A DNA stretch of 64,000 bases from Erysipelotrichaceae bacterium (GTDB taxonomy: Bacteria; Bacillota_I; Bacilli_A; Erysipelotrichales; Erysipelotrichaceae), in assembly GCA_022767445.1 (NCBI GenBank), contig JALENJ010000035.1:33932-97931 (forward strand), read 5' to 3'. Positions 57,886 through 64,000 of this stretch are shown here, in pieces. The position numbers and the translations under genes were made by a program. Within the stretch, counting starts at the first letter, position 1; each line of letters starts with the position of its first letter. The notes under the pieces were generated by a model. It worked only from the letters and a program-made list of their open reading frames with translations. It made no database searches and had not been told where the DNA came from.

Positions 57886-59492
57886 ATTACGCTCTTTGGT
57901 TGGATCATACGACTAGTAAATACATGATTTTCCGCTATTAGCTGTACACCAAATCGATTACCATATTGGTGTTGTATTCTAGCATTTACATTAAATAATC
58001 CATACCCCAGATTCTCTTCTGGTAAAACTCCCTTCTTTAACTCTTCGTTGATTTTCGCTATATGATTTTCGTCGATTGTTTCATAGCAATTGATCACATC
58101 TACAACGATGGTTTCATCTTGTGCATAGATATGTACTTGAATTGTGGATGGTTGATTGAGTACCTTAACGCCATGATATATCGCATTTTCTACGAGTGGT
58201 TGAATTGTAAACTTTAGAAATTGATTTTGTAGTAAATCATGATCAATTTCCCACTCATCATTCAGTATTGCATGATAGCGTAACTTTTGAATCTTGAGGT
58301 AACTTCTAACATGCATGATTTCCTCATCAAGGGATACCATCTGTCGATTATCGCTTAAACCAGTTCGAAAGAATACTGCCAAATCATGAATTGCATTTTC
58401 AACATCTTCATCATCATGATCAAATGCCATCGCTTGAATTGTCTCTAATGTATTGTAAAGAAAATGCGGTTTGATTTGGGAGTATAGAGCACGATTATCA
58501 GCTTCACTACGCTCATGTTCCTTCTCTTTAACTTCGGTAATTAAATGATTAATCTCATCAACCATCGCATTATAGCTAGCATTTAAGGTTTCGAATTCCT
58601 GTATATGTGAATGTTCTTCGCTCTTCAACAATTCACCATCTTTCGCATTTGCCATGACATTCTCAAGATTCTTGAGTGGTATCACAAGACCATACGCAAT
58701 CTGTCGTATGATATACTGAGCTACCAACAAAATAACAACAGTCACAACGCTAATCAATAATACAGTTTCAAGAATCGTATTCATGTAATAGCTATATGGT
58801 ATCTCTAATACATACTTCCAATTAGGATTGGTATTGATATCTTTTTCAAAGTGAATTCCTTGTACATCTGTTGGATTACCCATCACAACATCACCCTCTA
58901 GATTAGCGATATATACATTGAATTCCTTTGCGATATTCATCATCAGATTTTCTATATAATCTGTACGTAATGCGGCAGATATATAACCTATCACTTGTTG
59001 GTTTTCATCGAATACTTTCGCTACAATTAAAACAATCTTCTCTTGGTTTGATTTTGAAGTAATCACATCAGAGATGACTACATCTTTATTCGTATTTGTT
59101 AATTCTAGAAAATATGCACGATCATTGACCGTAAAATCCGAATCATCTGTTAAAAACTTTTCGCCTTCCAAGGTGATAAACCCCAAACTTTCATAACGAA
59201 TATTTGTGTCTTGTTGATATTCACGAAGTAACTCTAAAATATGAAGATGATTTTCTTCTGTCAGTGATTCATCACGGAATGTATTTGCGTACTGTCGTAT
59301 GATTTCTCGATTAAACTGAAACCATAAATTGATATCACTTACCTGAGTATTTACTTGATCTTGAACCAAGTGATGAATCTGAGGTAATATTCGCTGTGTA
59401 ATTGTAAAGATAGAGATTGTTGAGATACACAATATCGCACAGATGATTAAAACTGTGATCTGTTCAACAATCAGTTGAAAAAACTTTTTCAT
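57882..59492 (-). CDS. sensor histidine kinase (YesM-like, His_kinase PF06580-type) with a large extracytoplasmic sensor domain
   Basis: Two TM helices bracket an about 210-aa loop. H-box QIKPHFLYNTLETI. C-terminal ATPase domain. 4-nt overlap with the RR gene. Confidence 0.85.
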   Translation of the reverse strand: MKKFFQLIVEQITVLIICAILCISTISIFTITQRILPQIHHLVQDQVNTQVSDINLWFQFNREIIRQYANTFRDESLTEENHLHILELLREYQQDTNIRYESLGFITLEGEKFLTDDSDFTVNDRAYFLELTNTNKDVVISDVITSKSNQEKIVLIVAKVFDENQQVIGYISAALRTDYIENLMMNIAKEFNVYIANLEGDVVMGNPTDVQGIHFEKDINTNPNWKYVLEIPYSYYMNTILETVLLISVVTVVILLVAQYIIRQIAYGLVIPLKNLENVMANAKDGELLKSEEHSHIQEFETLNASYNAMVDEINHLITEVKEKEHERSEADNRALYSQIKPHFLYNTLETIQAMAFDHDDEDVENAIHDLAVFFRTGLSDNRQMVSLDEEIMHVRSYLKIQKLRYHAILNDEWEIDHDLLQNQFLKFTIQPLVENAIYHGVKVLNQPSTIQVHIYAQDETIVVDVINCYETIDENHIAKINEELKKGVLPEENLGYGLFNVNARIQHQYGNRFGVQLIAENHVFTSRMIQPKSVI

Positions 59493-59540
59493 CGAAACCT
59501 CATTTCCAGAATATGACTTTTCTTAACTCATTGTAACATA

Positions 59541-59580
59541 GTAAAATATCCTCTTAGTACATTTCTACCAAGAGGATATT
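59541..59580 (-). terminator. hairpin terminator after reductase A
   Basis: aatatcctctt (59545-59555) / aagaggatatt (59570-59580), followed by T-rich sequence on the minus strand. An extended -10-like TGTTACAAT follows, serving the kinase operon. Confidence 0.55.
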
Positions 59581-59607
59581 CATCATTTTTGTACAGAATT
59601 GATCTGA

Positions 59608-61380
59608 TTATTCTGCAGCGTTTTTACCAGCAATACGTCCAAATACAACGATATCTGTAATCGCATTACCACCTAGACGATTTGTTCCATGGATACCACC
59701 AGTTACCTCACCTGCAGCATAGAGATTCTCAATGACATCACCATCTGTGTTGAGCACTTGTGCATTCGTGTTAATCACAACACCACCCATTGTATGGTGT
59801 GTAGCAGGAGCGACTTTCTGTAGGTAGAATGGACCTTCCGCAATCGTACGTAACTTACCACCACGATTTTGTTCAGGATCACTACCTGCCAGTGCATATT
59901 GGTTGTATGTATCAATTGTCTGCTTGAGTGTATCGTAATCGATATCTGCTTCTTTCGCCAATTCTTCCAGTGTATCTGCTTTGAATAATAGACCTGAGTT
60001 TACAAAGTTGTTATATTCATTTTCATGAAGCTTTGTCATATTACCAACTGTTTCTACTTCTTGTCCCCATAGTAAGTATGCATACTTGCCAGGTTGATTT
60101 AATATCGCATTGGAGATAACATCTCGACGTCCCATATCATTGACAAAACGCTTGCCTTCTTGGTTGACAAGAACTGCTCCATCAAAGCGAGAGTTAGCTA
60201 CATAGGAGATAATTCCTGTCTGAGGATTACATGTTGGATATACCTGAATCTGACTCATATCAACAAGATTTGCGCCAACTGCTTGTGCCATGACAATGCC
60301 ATCACCAGAGCTAGCAGAAATACATGTTGTCTTGTATTGACTACCATATTCAGGATTGTATTCCTCTCTCATTTCTACATTAGAACCAAATCCACCACTA
60401 GCAAGAATCACTGACTTGCTTGCATGGATGGTAATTTCATTACCAGCATTCTCAGCAATGACACCACTTACTGCACTACCATCAGTCATAAGTGACTTCG
60501 CACTTGTATTCTTGAAAATATCAATACCCTTGTTTACAGCTAAGTTCTCTAATTTAGACATCATCTCATATCCAGAGTTTCCAACAGGTATCGCTGCGCG
60601 AGGAACAGAGTGTCCACCAAATTGTTGTACACGATCCTGAATGAATTCCATATGCACATCGTCTACTAGCCAATGATATGCATCTAGTGCATTGTTTGCC
60701 ATCGTATCAACAAGTTCAGGATTTGCGAGATTATCGCCACCCTTTAATGTATCTTCCTTGTATAGTTCTACAGAATCTTCAATTCCATTCTTTTCTTGTA
60801 AATCTGTACCAGGAATATTGATACCACCACCGGATACTAAAGTATTACCACCAACTTGACTCGTCTTCTCTAGTACGACTACTTTGGCTCCACTTTCAGC
60901 AGCAGTGATCGCAGCTGTTAAACCAGCTCCACCAGCACCAATTACAACTACATCATATGTATATTCATTCTTCTCGAGTACTTGGTTGATCGTTTCCTTA
61001 TCCATCGCATTGATACTATCATCTGTAGCACCTGCTTGTTTTAGATTGTCCTTTAATGCACGGATAACTGCACCTGAAGTAATCGTAGCACCTGTTGCAG
61101 TATCTAGATTCACTGTTTGTTTTTCAACCACAGTATTTGTAATCTTATCAATTGCGACACTACCAATTCCCTTTGTCTCTACATTTTCACTAGCATCTAC
61201 ACTTGCAATCTTACCATCTGCAATTGTAAGACTCACTGTGATTGGTCCATTGTGACCTGTTGTTTCTGTTGTATATGTTCCATCTTTTAGACTTGCTGAT
61301 TTGCTTGTTGTATTACATCCAACAAGTCCAGCTGCCATTGCTGGAACAACAACCATAGAAAGTAATTGTTTCTTCTTCAT
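59608..61380 (-). CDS. lipoprotein with an FMN_bind domain plus a fumarate/urocanate-reductase-type flavoprotein domain - reductase A
   Basis: Signal peptide with lipobox LVGC. Flavinylation-type motif DTATGATITS. VVVIGAGGAG, THHTMGGVVINT and LYAAGEVTGGIHGTNRLGGNA are typical of soluble flavocytochrome-c-type reductases. Confidence 0.8.
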   Translation of the reverse strand: MKKKQLLSMVVVPAMAAGLVGCNTTSKSASLKDGTYTTETTGHNGPITVSLTIADGKIASVDASENVETKGIGSVAIDKITNTVVEKQTVNLDTATGATITSGAVIRALKDNLKQAGATDDSINAMDKETINQVLEKNEYTYDVVVIGAGGAGLTAAITAAESGAKVVVLEKTSQVGGNTLVSGGGINIPGTDLQEKNGIEDSVELYKEDTLKGGDNLANPELVDTMANNALDAYHWLVDDVHMEFIQDRVQQFGGHSVPRAAIPVGNSGYEMMSKLENLAVNKGIDIFKNTSAKSLMTDGSAVSGVIAENAGNEITIHASKSVILASGGFGSNVEMREEYNPEYGSQYKTTCISASSGDGIVMAQAVGANLVDMSQIQVYPTCNPQTGIISYVANSRFDGAVLVNQEGKRFVNDMGRRDVISNAILNQPGKYAYLLWGQEVETVGNMTKLHENEYNNFVNSGLLFKADTLEELAKEADIDYDTLKQTIDTYNQYALAGSDPEQNRGGKLRTIAEGPFYLQKVAPATHHTMGGVVINTNAQVLNTDGDVIENLYAAGEVTGGIHGTNRLGGNAITDIVVFGRIAGKNAAE

Positions 61381-61454
61381 AAACCCTCCATCTATTTGTG
61401 AATTTATTATAAAAGTGGAGGTCTATAAAAGTATTTATAATATTCTGCTATATT

Positions 61455-62054
61455 TTATAAAATTCCATCCTCAGCGATGTCGATACATGGATAATTTTGA
61501 CGTATGTATCGATAACACTCACAATCATCTTCATGATCGTTGATAATGCCACAAGCCTGTAGATACGAATAAACAATTACAGGTCCAACAAACTTAAAAC
61601 CACGCTTCTTTAAATCCTTACTTACAATTGTAGATAGTTGATTAGAAGCTACCATTTCACCCTTTTTGCGACCTTGATAACATATCGTTTGATTCTTTGA
61701 AAAAGACCAAAGATATTGATCGAAACTTCCAAATTCCTCTTGTACATGCATGAATGCCTGTGCGTTGGTTATCATTGCTTGAATCTTACGTATCGATTTA
61801 ATCATATCTTCTACTTTCATGATTTGATCGATATCATCCTGATTCAAGTTAGCGACTTTCTTAACATCAAAATTCGCAAAGCACTTTCTCATTGTTTCTC
61901 TTTTATGTAAAACAATCTGCCAGCTTAATCCTGCTTGCATTGACTCCAATACTAGATATTCAAATAGCTTTTTATCATCATGTGTAGGTACACCCCACTC
62001 TGTATCATGATAACTTTTCATTTCATCACTACTATTCTTCCACTCACATGCCAT
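61455..62054 (-). CDS. tag: DNA-3-methyladenine glycosylase I
   Basis: 199 aa. N-terminal CEW...YHDTEWG and C-terminal H..C zinc ligands (DHEDDCECY), with LSW and GF-type blocks in between. Confidence 0.85.
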   Translation of the reverse strand: MACEWKNSSDEMKSYHDTEWGVPTHDDKKLFEYLVLESMQAGLSWQIVLHKRETMRKCFANFDVKKVANLNQDDIDQIMKVEDMIKSIRKIQAMITNAQAFMHVQEEFGSFDQYLWSFSKNQTICYQGRKKGEMVASNQLSTIVSKDLKKRGFKFVGPVIVYSYLQACGIINDHEDDCECYRYIRQNYPCIDIAEDGIL

Positions 62055-62087
62055 ACATATACCTCTTTATCACTTCTATTATAAAGC

Positions 62088-62136
62088 ACAAAAACTTCGA
62101 AGTTAATCACGGTTTGCGTGATATTCCTCGAAGTTT
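62088..62136 (-). terminator. compound hairpin terminator after the PTS EIIA gene
   Basis: aaacttcgaag (62092-62102) / cttcgaagttt-like arm (62126-62136), inner stem atcacg/cgtgat. TTTTT follows on the minus strand. Confidence 0.6.
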
Positions 62137-62232
62137 CATTCTCTATTCAATTATAAAATATGTAGAGCAGATAATATTATTGATAATACAATAGTTCAGA
62201 TAACTTGTACATAAAGTACAAGTTATTACCAA

Positions 62233-62730
62233 TTATTTACAACATAGATCAATTCTTTCATCTACATCCCATATCATATCTGATGCAAGTTGATAGAATT
62301 CGTCTTCACTGTTAGATTCAAATAAACTTCTTACCCAATCCGTGCGTTCAAAGTTAAACATCAATACTTGTAGTAAATCAACAAATTCCTCAGGATCTTT
62401 GAATCCAAGAAAGAATGCCATCCTAACATCGGTTGTCTTTTCTACATCAGACATCTGATTCCACTTAACAGCCTTCTTCAACCTAACAGGAGCAATGAAA
62501 GGCTTTAGGATTGCTTTCGCACCGGTATGTGGTATCGCAATTGGATATGGTTCAACCGGTAAAGCAGTTGGAAAAGAGGCTTCCCTTATATGTAATCGTT
62601 CTAGATACTCATCACATGCATATCCCAAATCCACAAAAATCTTAGCCATTATTTCGAATAATTCACTGTAGTTTTCGACTTCAACATCAAGCCTAGTTAA
62701 CTCCCTTTTAACCATTTCCTTTCCAAGCAT
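62233..62730 (-). CDS. PTS EIIA component, type 2 (fructose/mannitol/Ntr family)
   Basis: 165 aa. Phosphorylatable-His context YPIAIPHTGAK. GAGGAGG RBS. Confidence 0.75.
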   Translation of the reverse strand: MLGKEMVKRELTRLDVEVENYSELFEIMAKIFVDLGYACDEYLERLHIREASFPTALPVEPYPIAIPHTGAKAILKPFIAPVRLKKAVKWNQMSDVEKTTDVRMAFFLGFKDPEEFVDLLQVLMFNFERTDWVRSLFESNSEDEFYQLASDMIWDVDERIDLCCK

Positions 62731-62858
62731 GAATAATCCTCCTCAAATGATAATTCATTCAATATTTCAACTTTATAATAGCAGAAATGTAAGCGCTTTA
62801 CTACAGTTGAATATAAAAACAGATAAGATATATACAATCCATCTTATCTGCATAGATA

Positions 62859-64000
62859 TTATTTGTTTAAAGCTCTATTACCAAAAATATAAGTAACAAC
62901 AAAGCTTAGAACTGTTGCTAAAATCATAACTAACATCGATACTACAAAGTTGCTTGGATTCCCTGTAGGGTCAATATATGCCGCAAAGGAAATGAATCCT
63001 GGTGTTGATACAACATACTGTGTCATATGAAACATACCTGCAACTAAGCCCCCAACAGCTCCGCCTATCATAGCTCCATATAGTGGATATCTCTTAGTAA
63101 ATAGCACACCATATACACCTGGCTCAGTAATACCGCACAAAGCAGTTAGTCCAGCACCAATCGCAACAGATTTTTCCTCTGCCTTCTTTGTTACAAATGC
63201 TGCAGCTAGACATGCACCACCTACTGCAACATTGGCTGATGCCATACCTGTACATACCAACGGATCAGATCCAACTTGTGCTAATAAAGCAAATACAATT
63301 GGATACATTGCATTGTTCATTCCAAAGAATACTAACCAGCATGTTAAACCGCCAATAATCATAACTGCTATTGCTGGGGCGATATTGTAAATCGCAAGTA
63401 CCCCATTTGCTAAGTATGTACCTAATATATTACCAATTGGACCAAGTACCACGAGTGTTACTGGCACAGTGATTAGCATCGTTAATAATGGTACAAATAT
63501 TGTACGTAAGAATACAGGAGTTACTCTTTGTAAGAATTTATAAAGATAACTCATAAACAGCACACCTAAAATAATTGGGAAAACAGTCGAGTTATATGCG
63601 ACTTGGGCAACAGGAATACCCGCAAAGTTTAATCCCTCTGCATTATTGATAGTACTATAAAGTAACACTGATGCTAGGAATGCCCCAAGATATCCATTCG
63701 ACTTTAGTCGAGTAGCAGCTGAGAATCCGATAAATATTGGTAAGAAATAAAATGTCGCTTGATTCAATGCATAGAAAACTGTATATGTTCCTGAGTCTGT
63801 AGGAAGATGGAAGAATGTAGTCAATATCGTAAGCACCGCTCCAGTCAAACCTCCAGCAACTAACACTGGAATAACAGGAGAGAATACACCACCAATGAAT
63901 GACATAATTGTATTTAATATATTTCCATTTGTTGATTTAGAAGTATCTTGTTTTAAAGCTTCATTATCTTCTACAGAACCTGAAGTCTTGATCTTCTCAT
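62859..64000 (-). CDS. PTS EIIBC component of the glucose/beta-glucoside/sucrose superfamily; the 5' end lies beyond the window
   Basis: The frame stays open upstream of the track's Met to position 64000 (...EKIKTSGSVEDNEALKQDTSKSTNGNILNTIMSFIGGVF), which looks like an EIIB-EIIC linker. EIIC motif GITEPGVYGV. Confidence 0.8.
   Translation of the reverse strand, partial: EKIKTSGSVEDNEALKQDTSKSTNGNILNTIMSFIGGVFSPVIPVLVAGGLTGAVLTILTTFFHLPTDSGTYTVFYALNQATFYFLPIFIGFSAATRLKSNGYLGAFLASVLLYSTINNAEGLNFAGIPVAQVAYNSTVFPIILGVLFMSYLYKFLQRVTPVFLRTIFVPLLTMLITVPVTLVVLGPIGNILGTYLANGVLAIYNIAPAIAVMIIGGLTCWLVFFGMNNAMYPIVFALLAQVGSDPLVCTGMASANVAVGGACLAAAFVTKKAEEKSVAIGAGLTALCGITEPGVYGVLFTKRYPLYGAMIGGAVGGLVAGMFHMTQYVVSTPGFISFAAYIDPTGNPSNFVVSMLVMILATVLSFVVTYIFGNRALNK

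Overview
Visibly AT-rich, gene-dense chromosomal segment from a low-GC Firmicute. The gene content suggests a gut anaerobe of the Erysipelotrichales/Clostridia type, but that is only a guess. I support about 60 protein-coding genes, most on the minus strand, often with overlapping or near-abutting junctions, GGAGG-type ribosome-binding sites and many hairpin plus T-run terminators. I saw no rRNA, tRNA, CRISPR array, transposase, integrase or phage genes, so this reads as core or metabolic chromosome rather than a mobile island. Gene content, left to right: start of a V-type ATPase operon; a complete yhfZ-yhfY-yhfU-yhfT-php-yhfS-yhfX-yhfW-type orphan operon with an extra amidase-signature-like gene and CX5R phosphatases; a cardiolipin synthase broken by an in-frame TAA; efp; an alcohol dehydrogenase; xpt; an M32 carboxypeptidase; a DUF438 protein; TldD/PmbA; a double-activase plus dehydratase-like pair; a cation/proton antiporter; a GH32 hydrolase and a mutarotase; a SEDS/class B PBP pair; a T-box-controlled lysS; D-lactate-type dehydrogenase; a NodB deacetylase; DUF3793-flavodoxin; a NitT/TauT-type ABC importer with an M20 amidohydrolase and a Crp/Fnr regulator; a divergent HypB-like GTPase / orphan ABC ATPase / signal-less binding-protein trio; two lipoprotein FMN-bind/FAD reductases flanking a YesM/YesN-type two-component system; tag; and a PTS EIIBC/EIIA pair. 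The best candidates for undescribed biology are the augmented yhf-type locus (possibly with a non-canonical PTS-like permease), the HypB-like GTPase trio, and the sensor-linked extracytoplasmic flavin reductase locus. Smaller oddities are two in-frame TAA interruptions, an EF-P lacking the canonical KPGKG loop, and a Lys T-box. All functional calls come from motif recognition by eye and from memory of protein families. No database search was run.
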